A DNA stretch of 64,000 nt, from the NCBI GenBank assembly GCA_039621445.1, contig CP154954.1, forward strand, positions 40,479,572 to 40,543,571. Reading direction: 5' to 3'. Every line of letters starts with the position of its first letter. Positions within the stretch are counted from its first letter, which is position 1. The position numbers and the translations under genes are program-made. Origin of the DNA: Euglena gracilis. Its lineage: Eukaryota. The notes beneath the pieces are model-generated. The model saw nothing but the letters and a program-made list of their open reading frames with translations. It was not told the origin of the DNA and did not search any database. Shown here in pieces: positions 47,696 through 61,400 of the stretch.

Positions 47696-47737
<42 letters not shown>

Positions 47738-47848
47738 GGTGGGTTGGTTGGGGGGGGGGGGATTTTTGGGGCCAGATGGCCTCAATGCCAAAAAAATGGG
47801 GGGGCCAAAGAGTGCGCCCAGCCCCCGGGACCATTTTTTTTTTTTTTT

Positions 47849-47927
<79 letters not shown>

Positions 47928-48002
47928 TTTTCAGGCCAGCTGGGTCCCCCACCCCCAAAACCCCGTTGTCACCAGAACGGCTGATTTTTTTTTTTTTTTT
48001 TT

Positions 48003-48033
<31 letters not shown>

Positions 48034-48299
48034 CAGGCCAGCTTTCCCCACCCCCCAAAACCCCGTTATCACAGAACGGCTGATGTCAACACCCCCAAAT
48101 AGCAAAATTTCTGCGTTTTTTTTTGGGTATAAATTGGTCGGTTGGTTGGGGGGGGGCTGATTTTTGGGGCCAGATGGCCTCAATGCCAAAAAATGGGGGG
48201 AGCCAAAGAGTGCGCCCAGCCCCCGGGACCAGGCCAGCTGGTTTTTTTTTTTTTTTTTTTTTTTTTATCACCAGAACGGCTGATGGTCAACACCCCCAA

Positions 48300-48390
<91 letters not shown>

Positions 48391-48711
48391 CTTGGACCAG
48401 GCCAGCTGGGTTCCCCACCCCCCCAAAACCCCGTTATCACCAGAACGGCTGATGGTCAACACCCCCAAATGGCAAAATTTTTGGCAATTTTTTTGGTATA
48501 AATTGGTCGGTTGGTTGGGGGCGGGGGTGATTTTGGGGATTTTCTCAATGGGCCAAATTGCCTCAAAAAATGGGGGGAGTTTTCCCAAGAGCGCTCCCAG
48601 CCCCTGGGACCAGGCCAGCTGGGTTCCCCACCCCCCAAAACCCCGTTATCACCAGAATGGCTGATGGTCAACACCCCCAAAAAGCCAAAATTTTTTTTTT
48701 TTTTTTTTTTT

Positions 48712-48752
<41 letters not shown>

Positions 48753-49543
48753 GGAAATTTTTTTTTTGCCTCAAAGCCAAAAAATGGGGGTGCCAAAGAG
48801 TGCGCCCAGCGCCGGGGGCCAGACCAGCTGGGTTAACCACCCCCCAAAACCCCGTTATCACCAGAATGGCTGATGGTCAACACCCCCAAATATTCCTTGG
48901 CTGTTTTTTTTTTTTTGGGATAATTTGGTCGGTGTGTCGTCGTTTTTTAGTGGTTTTATTTGGGGGGGGCGGGGGCTTTTTTTTCTTTTCGGGGCCAGAT
49001 GGCCTCAATGCCAAAAAATGGGGGGAGCCAAAGAGTGCGCCCAGCCCCCGGCACCGGGCCAGCTGGGTTCCCCACCCCCCCAAAACCCCGTTATCACCAG
49101 AACGGCTGGTGGTCAACACCCCCAAATGGCAAAATTTTTGGCAATTTTTTTGGTATAAATTGGTCGGTTGGTGGGGGGGGGGGGGGATTTTCGGGGCCAG
49201 ATTGCTTCATGGCCAAAAAATGGGGGGGGAGCCAAAGAGTGCGCCCAGCCCCCGGGACCAGGCCAGCTGGGTTTTTTGTTTTTTTTTTTTTTTTTTTTGA
49301 CTTTGGTGCTTTTTTTTTTTGTTGTTTTTTTTTTTTTTTTTGTTTTATAAATTGGTCGGTTGGTTGGGGGGGGGGGGGTGATTTTCGGGGCCAGATTGCC
49401 TCAATGCCAAAAAATGGGGGTGCCAAGAGCGTTCCCAGCCCCTGGGACCAGGCCAGCTGGGTTCCCCACCCCCCAAAACCCCGTTATCACCAGAATGGCT
49501 GATGGTCAACACCCCCAAATAGCAAAAGTTTTGGCAATTTTTG

Positions 49544-49579
<36 letters not shown>

Positions 49580-50414
49580 CCAAAAAATGGGGGGAGCCAA
49601 AGAGTGCACCCAGACCCCGGGACCAGGCGAGCTGGGTTCCCCCCCGCCCCCCAAAACCCCGTTATCACCAGTTTTTTTTTTTTTTTTTTTTTATTTTTTT
49701 TTTTTTTTTTTTTTTTTTTTCAGATTGCCTCAATGCCAAAAAATGGGGGGAGCCAAAGAGTGCGCCCAGCCCCCGGGACCAGGCCAGCTGGGTTCCCCAC
49801 CCCCAAAACCCCGTTATCACCAGAACGCTGATGATGGTCAAAACACCCAAATTAGCAAAATTCTGGCTTTTTTTGGTTTAAATTGGTTTTTTTTTTTTTT
49901 TTTTTTTTCAATGCCCAAAAATGGGGGGAGCCAAAGAGTGCGCCCAGCCCCCGGGACCAGGCCAGCTGGGTTCCCCACCCCCCAAAACCCCGTTATCACC
50001 AGAACGGCTGATGGTCAACACCCCCAAATAGCAAAATTCTGGCCAATTTTTTGGTATAAATTGGTCGGTTGGTTGGGGGGGGGGGCTGATTTTTGGGGCC
50101 CGTTTGCCTCAATGCCAAAAAATGGGGGGAGCCAAAGAGTGCGCCCAGCCCCCGGGACCAGGCCAGCTGGGTTCCCCACCCCCCAAAACCCCGTTATCAC
50201 CAGAACGGCTGGTGGTCAACACCCCCAAATTTTTTTTTTTTTTTTTTAAATTGGTCGGTTGTGGGGGGGGATTTCGGGGGGGATTGCCTCAATGCCAAAA
50301 AATGGGGGGAGCCAAAGAGTGCGCCCAGCCCCCGGGACCAGGCCAGCTGGGTTCCCTGCCCCCCAAAACCCCGTTATCACCAGAACGGCTGATGGTCATT
50401 TTTTTTTTTTTTTT

Positions 50415-50445
<31 letters not shown>

Positions 50446-50534
50446 ATTTCTTTTTTTTTTTTTTTCCAAAGAGTGCGCCCAGCCCCCGGGACCAGGCCAG
50501 CTGGGTTCCCCACCCCCCCAAAACCCCGTTATCA

Positions 50535-50610
<76 letters not shown>

Positions 50611-50700
50611 TGCCTCAATGCCAAAAAAGGGGAGAGCCAAAGAGTGCGCCAGCCCCCGGGGACCAGGCCAGCTGGGTTCCCCACCCCCCAAATGCAGTTA

Positions 50701-50768
<68 letters not shown>

Positions 50769-53700
50769 CATTTTTTTTTTTTTTTTTTTTACCCCGTTAT
50801 CACCAGAACGGCTTGATGGTCAACACATTTTTTTTTTTTTTTTTTTTATAAATTGGTCGGTTGGTTGGGGGGGGGGGGATTTTCGGGGCCAGATGGCCTC
50901 AATGCCAAAAAATGGGGGGAGCCAAAGAGTGCGCCCAGCCCCCGGGACCAGGCCAGCTGGGTTCCCCACCCCCCAAAACCCCGTTATCACCAGAACGGCT
51001 GATGGTCAACACCCCCAAATGGCAAAATTTTTGGCAATTTTTTTGGTATAAATTGGTCGGTTGGTTGGTTGGGGGGGTGATTTTCGGGGCCGGAATGCCT
51101 CAATGCCAAAAAATGGGGGGTGCCAAAGAGTGCGTCCAGCCCCCGGGACCAGGCCAGCTGGGTTCCCCACCCCCCAAAACCCCGTTATCACCAGAATGGC
51201 TGATGGTCAACACCCCCAAATAGCAAAATTTTGGTAATTTTTGGGTATAAATTGGTCGGTTGGTTGGGGGAGGGGGGGGATTTTCGGGGCCAGATTGCCT
51301 CAATGCCAAAAAATGGGCGGTGCCAAAGAGTGCGTCCAGCCCCCGGGACCAGGCCAGCTGGGTTCCCCACCCCCCAAAACCCCGTTATCACCAGAACGCT
51401 TGATGGTCAACACCCCCAAATAGCAAAATTTTTGGCAATCTTTTGGTATAAATTGGTCGGTTGGTTGGGGGGGGGTTGATTTTTGGTGCCAGTTTGCCTC
51501 AATGCCAAAAAATGGGGGGAGCCAAAGAGTGCGCCCAGCCCCCGGGACCAGGCCAGCTGGGTTCCCCACCCCCCAAAACCCCGTTATCACCAGAACGGCT
51601 GATGGTCAACACCCCCAAATAGCAAAATTTTGGCAATTTTTTTTGGTATAAATTGGTCGGTTGGTTGGGGGGGGGGTGATTTTTGGGCATTGCCTCAATG
51701 CCAAAAAATGGGGGGAGCCAAAGAGTGCGCCCAGCCCCCGGGACCAGGCCAGCTGGGTTCCCCACCCCCCAAAACCCCGTTATCACCAGAACGCTTGATG
51801 GTCAACACCCCCAAATAGCAAAATTTTTGGCAATTTTTTTGGTATAAATTGGTCGGTTGGTTGAGGGGGGTGATTTTCGGGGCCAGATTGCCTCAATGCC
51901 AAAAAATGGGGGGTGCCAAAGAGTGCGTCCAGCCCCCGGGACCAGGCCAGCTGGGTTCCCCACCCCCCCAAAACCCCGTTATCACCAGAACGCTTGATGG
52001 TCAACACCCCCAAATAGCAAAATTTTGGTATTTTTTGGGTATAAATTGGTCGGTTGGTTGGGGGGGGGGGGGGTGATTTTCGGGGCCAGATTGCCTCAAT
52101 GCCAAAAAATGGGCGGTGCCAAAGAGTGCGTCCAGCCCCCGGGACCAGGCCAGCTGGGTTCCCCACCCCCCAAAACCCCGTTATCACCAGAACGCTTGAT
52201 GGTCAACACCCCCAAATAGCAAAATTTTTGGCAATTTTTTGGTATAAATTGGTCGGTTGGTTGGGGGGGGGGGGGATTTTCGGGGCCAGATTGCCTCAAT
52301 GCCAAAAAATGGGGGGTGCCAAAGAGTGCGTCCAGCCCCCGGGACCAGGCCAGCTGGGTTCCCCACCCCCCCAAAACCCCGTTATCACCAGAACGCTTGA
52401 TGGTCAACACCCCCAAATAGCAAAATTTTTGGCAATTTTTTTGGTATAAATTGGTCGGTTGGTTGGTTGGGGGGGGGTGATTTTCGGGGCCAGATTGCCT
52501 CAATGCCAAAAAATGGGGGGAGCCAAAGAGTGCGCCCAGCCCCCGGGACCAGGCCAGCTGGGTTCCCCCCCCCCCCCCTATCACCAGAACGGCTGATGGT
52601 CAACACCCCCAAATAGCAAAATTTTTGGCAATTTTTTTGGTATAAATTGGTCGGTTGGTTGGGGGCGGGGGTGATTTTCGGGGCCAGATTGCCTCAATGC
52701 CAAAAAATGGGCGGTGCCAAAGAGTGCGTCCAGCCCCCGGGACCAGGCCAGCTGGGTTCCCCACCCCCCAAAACCCCGTTATCACCAGAACGGCTGATGG
52801 TCAGCATCCCCCAAATAGCAAAATTTTGGCTGCATTTTTGGTATAAATTGCTTGGTTGGTTGGGGGGGGGTGATTTTTTGGGGCCAGATTGCACCAATGC
52901 CAAAAAATGGGGGGAGCCAAAGAGTGCGCCCAGCCCCCGGGACCAGGCCAGCTGGGTTCCCCACCCCCCAAAACCCCGTTATCACCAGAACGCTTGATGG
53001 TCAACACCCCCAAATAGCAAAATTTTTGGCAATTTTTTTGGTATAAATTGGTCGGTTGGTTGGGGGGGGGGTGATTTTCGGGGCCAGATTGCCTCAATGC
53101 CAAAAAATGGGGGGTGCCAAAGAGTGCGTCCAGCCCCCGGGACCAGGCCAGCTGGGTTCCCCACCCCCCAAAACCCCGTTATCACCAGAACGGCTGATGG
53201 TCAACACCCCCAAATAGCAAAATTTTGGCAATTTTTTGGCATAAATTGGTCGGTTGGTTGGGGGGGGGGGATTTTTGGGGCCCAGATGGCCTCAATGCCA
53301 AAAAATGGGCGGTGCCAAAGAGTGCGTCCAGCCCCCGGGACCAGGCCAGCTGGGTTCCCCACCCCCCAAAACCCCGTTATCACCAGAACGCTTGATGGTC
53401 AACACCCCCAAATAGCAAAATTTTTGGCAATTTTTTTGGTATAAATTGGTCGGTTGGTTGGGGGGGGGGGGGATTTTCGGGGCCAGATTGCCTCAATGCC
53501 AAAAATGGGGGGGTGCCAAAGAGTGCGCCCAGCCCCCGGGACCAGGCCAGCTGGGTTCCCCACCCCCAAAACCCCGTTATCACCAGAACGGCTGATGGTC
53601 AACACCCCCAAATAGCAAATTTTTTGGCAATTTTTGGGTATAAATTGGTCGGTTGGTTGGGGGGGGGGGTGATTTTCGGGGCCAGATTGCCTCAATGCCA

Positions 53701-56700
53701 AAAAATGGGGGGTGCCAAAGAGTGCGTCCAGCCCCCGGGACCAGGCCAGCTGGGTTCCCCACCCCCCAAAACCCCGTTATCACCAGAACGGCTGATGGTC
53801 AACACCCCCAAATGGCAAAATTTTTGGCAATTCTTGGTATTAATTGGTCGGTTGGTTGGGGGGGGGGGGTGATTTTCGGGGCCAGATTGCCTCAATGCCA
53901 AAAAATGGGGGGTGCCAAAGAGTGCGTCCAGCCCCCGGGACCAGGCCAGCTGGGTTCCCCACCCCCCAAAACCCCGTTATCACCAGAACGCTTGATGGTC
54001 AACACCCCCAAATAGCAAAATTTTATCAATTTTTGGTATAAATTGGTAGGTTGGTTGGTTGGTTGGGGGGGGGGGAATTTCGGGGCCAGATTGCCTCAAT
54101 GCCAAAAAATGGGGGGAGCCAAAGAGTGCGTCCAGCCCCCGGGACCAGGCCAGCTGGGTTCCCCACCCCCCAAAACCCCGTTATCACCAGAACGCTTGAT
54201 GGTCAACACCCCCAAATAGCAAAATTTTTGGCAATTTTTGGGTATAAATTGGTCGGTTCTTTGGGGGCGGGGGTGATTTTCGGGGCCAGATTGCCTCAAT
54301 GCCAAAAATGGGGGGGTGCCAAAGAGTGCGTCCAGCCCCCGGGACCAGGCCAGCTGGGTTCCCCACCCCCCAAAACCCCGTTATCACCAGAACGGCTGAT
54401 GGTCAACACCCCCAAATGGCAAAATTTTTGGCAATTTTTGGGTATAAATTGGTCGGTTGGTTGGGGGCGGGGGTGATTTTCGGGGCCAGATTGCCTCAAT
54501 GCCAAAAAATGGGCGGTGCCAAAGAGTGCGCCCAGCCCCCCGGGACCAGGCCAGCTGGGTTCCCCACCCCCAAAACCCCGTTATCACCAGAACGGCTGAT
54601 GGTCAACACCCCCAAATAGCAAAATTTTTGGCAATTTTTTTGGTATAAATTGGTTGGTTGGTTGGTCGCGTGGGTGATTTTCGGGGCCAGATTGCCTCAA
54701 TGCCAAAAAATGGGGGGGTGCCAAAGAGTGCGTCCAGCCCCCGGGACCAGGCCAGCTGGGTTCCCCACCCCCCAAAACCCCGTTATCACCAGAACGCTTG
54801 ATGGTCAACACCCCCAAATAGCAAAATTTTTGGCAATTTTTGGGTATAAATTGGTCGGTTGGTTGGGGGGGGGGGGGATTTTCGGGGCCAGATTGCCTCA
54901 ATGCCAAAAAATGGGGGGAGCCAAAGAGTGCGCCCAGCCCCCGGGACCAGGCCAGCTGGGTTCCCCACCCCCCAAAACCCCGTTATCACCAGAACGCTTG
55001 ATGGTCAACACCCCCAAATAGCAAAATTTTGGGCAATTTTTTTGGTATAAATTGGTTGGTTGGTTGGTTGGGGGGGGGGGGTGATTTTCGGGGCCAGATT
55101 GCCTCAATGCCAAAAAATGGGGGGTGCCAAAGAGTGCGCCCAGCCCCCGGGACCAGGCCAGCTGGGTTCCCCACCCCCCAAAACCCCGTTATCACCAGAA
55201 CGGCTGATGGTCAACACCCCCAAATGGCAAAATTTTTGGCAATTTTTGGGTATAAATTGGTTGATTTTCGGGGCCAGATTGCCTCAATGCCAAAAAATGG
55301 GGGGAGCCAAAGAGTGCGCCCAGCCCCCGGGACCAGGCCAGCTGGGTTCCCCACCCCCCAAAACCCCGTTATCACCAGAACGGCTGATGGTCAACACCCC
55401 CAAATAGCAAAATTTTTGGCAATTTTTGGGTATAAATTGGTCGGTTGGTCGGTTGGGGGGGGGGATTTTCGGGGCCAGATTGCCTCAATGCCAAAAAATG
55501 GGGGGTGCCAAAGAGTGCGCCCAGCCCCCGGGACCAGGCCAGCTGGGTTCCCCACCCCCCAAAACCCCGTTATCACCAGAACGGCTGATGGTCAACACCC
55601 CCAAATAGCAAAATTTTTGGCAATTTTTTTGGGTATAAATTGGTCGGTTGGTTGGTTGGGGGGGGGGGGTGATTTTCGGGACCGGATTGCCTCAATGCCA
55701 AAAAATGGGGGGAGCCAAAGAGTGCGCCCAGCCCCCGGGACCAGGCCAGCTGGGTTCCCCACCCCCCAAAACCCCGTTATCACCAGAACGGCTGATGGTC
55801 AACACCCCCAAATAGCAAAATTCTGGCAATTTTTGGTATAAATTGGTCGGTTGGTTGTGGGGGGTGGGGATTTTCGGGGCCAGATGGCCTCAATGCCAAA
55901 AAATGGGGGGAGCCAAAGAGTGCGCCCAGCCCCCGGGACCAGGCCAGCTGGGTTCCCCACCCCCCAAAACCCCGTTATCACCAGAACGGCTGATGGTCAA
56001 CACCCCCAAATAGCAAAATTCTGGCCATTTTTTTTGGTATAAATTGGTCGGTTGGTTGGGGGGGGGCTGATTTTTGGGGCCAGATGGCCTCAATGCCAAA
56101 AAATGGGGGGAGCCAAAGAGTGCGCCCAGCCCCCGGGACCAGGCCAGCTGGGTTCCCCACCCCCCAAAACCCCGTTATCACCAGAACGGCTGATGGTCAA
56201 CACCCCCAAATAGCAAAATTCTGGCAATTTTTGGTATAAATTGGTCGGTTGGTTGGGGGGGCTGATTTTTGGGGCCAGATGGCCTCAATGCCAAAAAATG
56301 GGGGGAGCCAAAGAGTGCGCCCAGCCCCCGGGACCAGGCCAGCTGGGTTCCCCGCCCCCCAAAACCCCGTTATCACCAGAACGGCTGATGTCAACACCCT
56401 CAAATAGCAAAATTTTGTCAATTTTTGGTATAAATTGGTCGGTTGGTGGGGGGGGGGGTGATTTTTGGGGCCAGATTGCCTCAATGCCAAAAAATGGGGG
56501 GAGCCAAAGAGTGCGCCCAGCCCCCGGGACCAGGCCAGCTGGGTTCCCCACCCCCCAAAACCCCGTTATCACCAGAACGGCTGATGGTCAACACCCCCAA
56601 ATAGCAAAATTCTGGCAATTTTTGGTATAAATTGGTCGGTTGGTTGGGGGGGGGGGAATTTCGGGGCCAGATTGCCTCAATGCCAAAAAATGGGGGGTGC

Positions 56701-59700
56701 CAAAGAGTGCGTCCAGCCCCCGGGACCAGGCCAGCTGGGTTCCCCACCCCCCAAAACCCCGTTATCACCAGAACGGCTGATGGTCAACACCCCCAAATAG
56801 CAAAATTCTGGCAATTTTTGGTATAAATTGGTCGGTTGGTTGGGGGAGGGGGGGGATTTTCGGGGCCAGATTGCCTCAATGCCAAAAAATGGGGGGAGCC
56901 AAAGAGTGCGCCCAGCCCCCGGGACCAGGCCAGCTGGGTTCCCCACCCCCCAAAACCCCGTTATCACCAGAACTGCTGGTGGTCAACACCCCCAAATAGC
57001 AAAATTTTATCAATTTTTGGTATAAATTGGTAGGTTGGTTGTGGGGGGGGGGTGTTTTTGGGGGCCAGATGGCCTCAATGCCAAAAAATGAGGGTAGCCA
57101 AAGAGTGCGCCCAGCCCCCGGGACCAGGCCAGCTGGGTTCCCCACCCCCCAAAACCCCGTTATCACCAGAACGGCTGATGGTCAACACCCCCAAATAGCA
57201 AAATTTTTGGCAATTTTTTTGGTATAAATTGGTCGGTTGGTTGGGGGCGGGGGTGATTTTCGGGGCCAGATGGCATCAATGCCAAAAAATGGGCGGTGCC
57301 AAAGAGTGCGCCCAGCCCCCGGGACCAGGCCAGCTGGGTTCCCCACCCGCCAAAACCCCGTTATCACCAGAACGCTTGATGGTCAACACCCCCAAATAGC
57401 AAAATTTCTGGCAATTTTTTTGGTATAAATTGGTCGGTTGGTTTTGGGGCGGGGGTTTCGGGGCCCGTTTGCCTCAATGCCAAAAAATGGGGGGAGCCAA
57501 AGAGTGCGCCCAGCCCCCGGGACCAGGCCAGCTGGGTTCCCCACCCCCCAAAACCCCGTTATCACCAGAACGGCTGATGGTCAACACCCCCAAATAGCAA
57601 AATTTTTGGCAATTTTTTTGGTATAAATTGGTCGGTTGGTTGGTTGGGGGGGTGATTTTCGGGGCCGGAATGCCTCAAAGCCAAAAAATGGGGGTGCCAA
57701 AGAGTGCGCCCAGCCCCCGGGACCAGGCCAGCTGGGTTCCCCACCCCCCAAAGCCCCGTTATCACCAGAACGGCTGATGGTCAACACCCCCAAATAGCAA
57801 AATTCTGGCAATTTTTTTGGTATAAATTGGTCGGTTGGTTGGGGGGGGGGATTTTTGGGGCCAGATGGACTCAATGCAAAAAAATGGGGGGGGCCAAAAA
57901 GGGGGCCAACCCCCCGGGACCAGGCCAGCTGGGTTCCCCACCCCCCAAAACCCCGTTGTCACCAGAACGGCTGGTGGTCAACACCCCCAAATAGCAAAAT
58001 TCTGGCAATTTTTTTTGGTATAAATTGGTCGGTTGGTTTTGGGGCGGGGGTTTCGGGGCCCGTTTGCCTCAATGCCAAAAAATGGGGGGAGCCAAAGAGT
58101 GCGCCCAGCCCCCGGGACCAGGCCAGCTGGGTTCCCCACCCCCCAAAACCCCGTTATCACCAGAACGCTTGATGGTCAACACCCCCAAATAGCAAAATTT
58201 TTGGCAATTTTTTTGGTATAAATTGGTCGGTTGGTTGGGGGGGGGGGGTGATTTTCGGGGCCAGATTGCCTCAATGCCAAAAAATGGGCGGTGCCAAAGA
58301 GTGCGCCCAGCCCCCGGGACCAGGCCAGCTGGGTTCCCCACCCCCCAAAACCCCGTTATCACCAGAACGGCTGATGGTCAACACCCCCAAATAGCAATAT
58401 TTTGGCAGTTTTTTTGGTATAAACTGGTCGGTTGGTTGGGGGGGGGGGGCTGAATTTTGGGGCCAGATGGCCTCAATGCCAAAAAATGGGGGGAGCCAAA
58501 GAGTGCGCCCAGCCCCCGGGACCAGGCCAGCTGGGTTCCCCACCCCCCAAAACCCCGTTATCACCAGAACGGCTGATGGTCAACACCCCCAAATGGCAAA
58601 ATTTTTGGCAATTTTTGGGTATAAATTGGTCGGTTGGTTGGTTGGGGGGGGGGGGTGATTTTCGGGGCCAGATTGCCTCAATGCCAAAAAATGGGGGGAG
58701 CCAAAGAGTGCGCCCAGCCCCCGGGACCAGGCCAGCTGGGTTCCCCACCCCCCAAAACCCCGTTATCACCAGAACGGCTGATGGTCAACACCCCCAAATA
58801 GCAAAATTTTTGGCAATTTTTTTGGTATAAATTGGTCGGTTGGTTGGGGGCGGGGGTGATTTTCGGGGCCAGATTGCCTCAATGCCAAAAAATGGGGGGG
58901 TGCCAAAGAGTGCGTCCAGCCCCCGGGACCAGGCCAGCTGGGTTCCCCACCCCCCAAAACCCCGTTATCACCAGAACGGCTGATGGTCAACACCCTCAAA
59001 TAGCAAAATTTTGTCAATTTTTGGTATAAATTGGTCGGTTGGTTGGGGGGGGCTGATTTTTGGGGCCAGATGGCCTCAATGCCAAAAAATGGGGGGAGCC
59101 AAAGAGTGCGCCCAGCCCCCGGGACCAGGCCAGCTGGGTTCCCCACCCCCCAAAACCCCGTTATCACCAGAACGGCTGATGGTCAACACCCCCAAATGGC
59201 AAAATTTTGGCAATTTTTGGGTATAAATTGGTTGGTTGGTTGGGGGGGGGGATTTTCGGGGCCAGATTGCCTCAATTCCAAAAAATGGGGGGTGCCAAAG
59301 AGTGCGCCCAGCCCCCGGGACCAGGCCAGCTGGGTTCCCCACCCCCCAAAACCCCGTTATCACCAGAACGGCTGATGGTCAACACCCCCAAATGGCAATT
59401 TTTTGTCAATTTTTGGGTATAAATTGGTCGGTTGGTTGGTTGGGGGGGGTGATTTTTGGGGATTGCCTCAATGCCAAGAAATGGGGGGAGCCAAAGAGTG
59501 CGCCCAGCCCCTGGGACCAGGCCAGCTGGGTTCCCCCACCCCCCAAAACCCCGTTATCACCAGAACGGCTGATGGTCAACACCCCCCAAATAGCAAAATT
59601 TTGGCAATTTTTCGGTATAAATTGGTTGGTTGGTTGGTTGGTTGGTTGGGGGGGGGATTTTCGGGACCGGATAGCCTCAATGCCAAAAAAATGGGCGGTG

Positions 59701-61400
59701 CCAAAGAGGGCGTCCAGCCCCCGGGACCAGGCCAGCTGGGTTCCCCACCCCCCAAAACCCCGTTATCACCAGAACGGCTGATGGTCAACACCCCCAAATG
59801 GCAAAATTTTGGCAATTTTTGGTATAAATTGGTCGGTTGGGTTGGGGGGGGGGGGGCCAGCCAAATGGGGGGGAGCCAAAGTGGGGCCCCCCCCCCCGGG
59901 CCCCCCCCGCCCCCGTTCACCCCCGTTATCCACCCCAAATTGGTTCCCCCCCAATTTTTGGGTATTTTATAAATTGGTGGGGTGATTTTTGGGGCCAGAG
60001 GCCTCAAACCAAAAAATGGGGGAGCCAAAGAGTGCCCCCCGGGGGCCAGCTGGGTTCCCACCCCCCAAAACCCCGTTATCACCAAAACGGGTACAATCCA
60101 AAGGCAATTTTTTTTTTGTAAATTTGGGGGTGGTGGGAGCCAAAGAGTGGCCAGCCCCCGGACCAGGCCCTGGGTTCCCCCCCCCCCCGTTATCACCAGA
60201 ACGGTCAACACCCCCAAATGGTCAAATTTAAATGGGAAAATTGGTGGGGGTTGGGGGGGTTTTTGGGGGGGGACCAGATTGTCCTGCCAAAGGGGGGGGC
60301 CCGGGCCAGCCCCCGGGACCAGCACTGGGCCCCACCCCCCCCCCCCAACAAACGGCCAATACCAAAAAAATTTGGCAATTTTTTGCTATTTTGGGGTTGG
60401 ATTTTTGGGGATAAGGGGGTGGGGGGGGTGGGGCCCAGCCCCCGGGACCAGGCCAGCTGGGGCCCCCCCCCCAAAACCCCCCGACTGGGTCAACACCCCA
60501 AATATTTGGCAAATTGCGTTTTTGGCCCCCAAAATGTTTTTGGTGGTGGGTGGGGGCGATGGGCAACCCCCAGCCCAAAATTCCCCCCACAAAAGGCTGG
60601 TCCCCAGAAAGCCCAAATTCCAAAAAAGGGGGTAGCCAGGTAAAAATTCCCCACCCCCCAAAAAATAATCACCATCAAACGGCTGTGTCAAAACCCCCAA
60701 TAGCAAAATCTGGCAATTTTTGGGGGTCGGTGTGATTTTTGGGAGCGAAATTCTGCCAAAATGACCTGCAACCCCCCAAGGGCTGGCCCCCCCCCACAAC
60801 CCCGGATGGGTTCCCACCCCCCCCAAAAAGAAGAAAGGAGGTAAAAAAAAGCAAATAAGAAAGGAATGGTATAAAAGGGAGGTTGTTGTGGGAATTTTTG
60901 GCGAATGGAAAAGAGAAAAAAGGGGAGGACAAAGAGTGCGAGCCCCCAACAGGCCAGTGGGTTGACCCCCCAAAAGAAGAAGACCAACAGAAACGGGAGA
61001 AGTCAAACCCCCCAAATAGCAAAAGAAGGCACATTTTTTGGAAGTATAGAAAGGGGGGGGGGGGGATTTTTTGGGCCAGATGGCCTCAATGCCAAAAATG
61101 AAAGCCAAAGTGAGGAGGAAAGCAGCCAAGCCAACCCCCCACCCGTTATCACCGAACGGCTTGTCAACACCCCCAATAGCAGTGTATTTGGACCTTTTGT
61201 CGTTTGCAATCAAAAATGGGGGAGCCAAGTGCGCCCAGGGGTTCCCCAGCCACCCCCGTGGTCAACCGCATTTTTTTTTCAAAACCTAAATTGTCACATG
61301 GGGAAACATGACATGGCGTTTGTGTCCCCCCCCCCCCAAACCCCCCCGTGTCAACGGCACTCTTCCTGGTATAAATTGGTCGGTTGGTGGGGGGGGGGAG
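41925..61400. repeat. ~200-bp satellite array, about 90 monomers (main body 43125-59850, decayed or noisy beyond)
   Basis: Monomer GGTATAAATTGGTCGGTTGGTT(G)nTGATTTTCGGGGCCAGATTGCCTCAATGCCAAAAAATGGG..GCCAAAGAGTGCGYCCAGCCCCCGGGACCAGGCCAGCTGGGTTCCCCACCCCCCAAAACCCCGTTATCACCAGAACGGCTGATGGTCAACACCCCCAAATAGCAAAATT. Confidence 0.98.

Noticed and set aside
43000-61400. Dozens of repeated ORFs (MPKNGG..., MITGFWG...) and poly-Phe/poly-Lys ORFs
   Set aside because: Satellite translations with variable homopolymer lengths and probable poly-T artefacts.
59850-61400. Apparently novel sequence at the array end
   Set aside because: Satellite motifs remain recognisable in register, so this is decayed or poorly called satellite.
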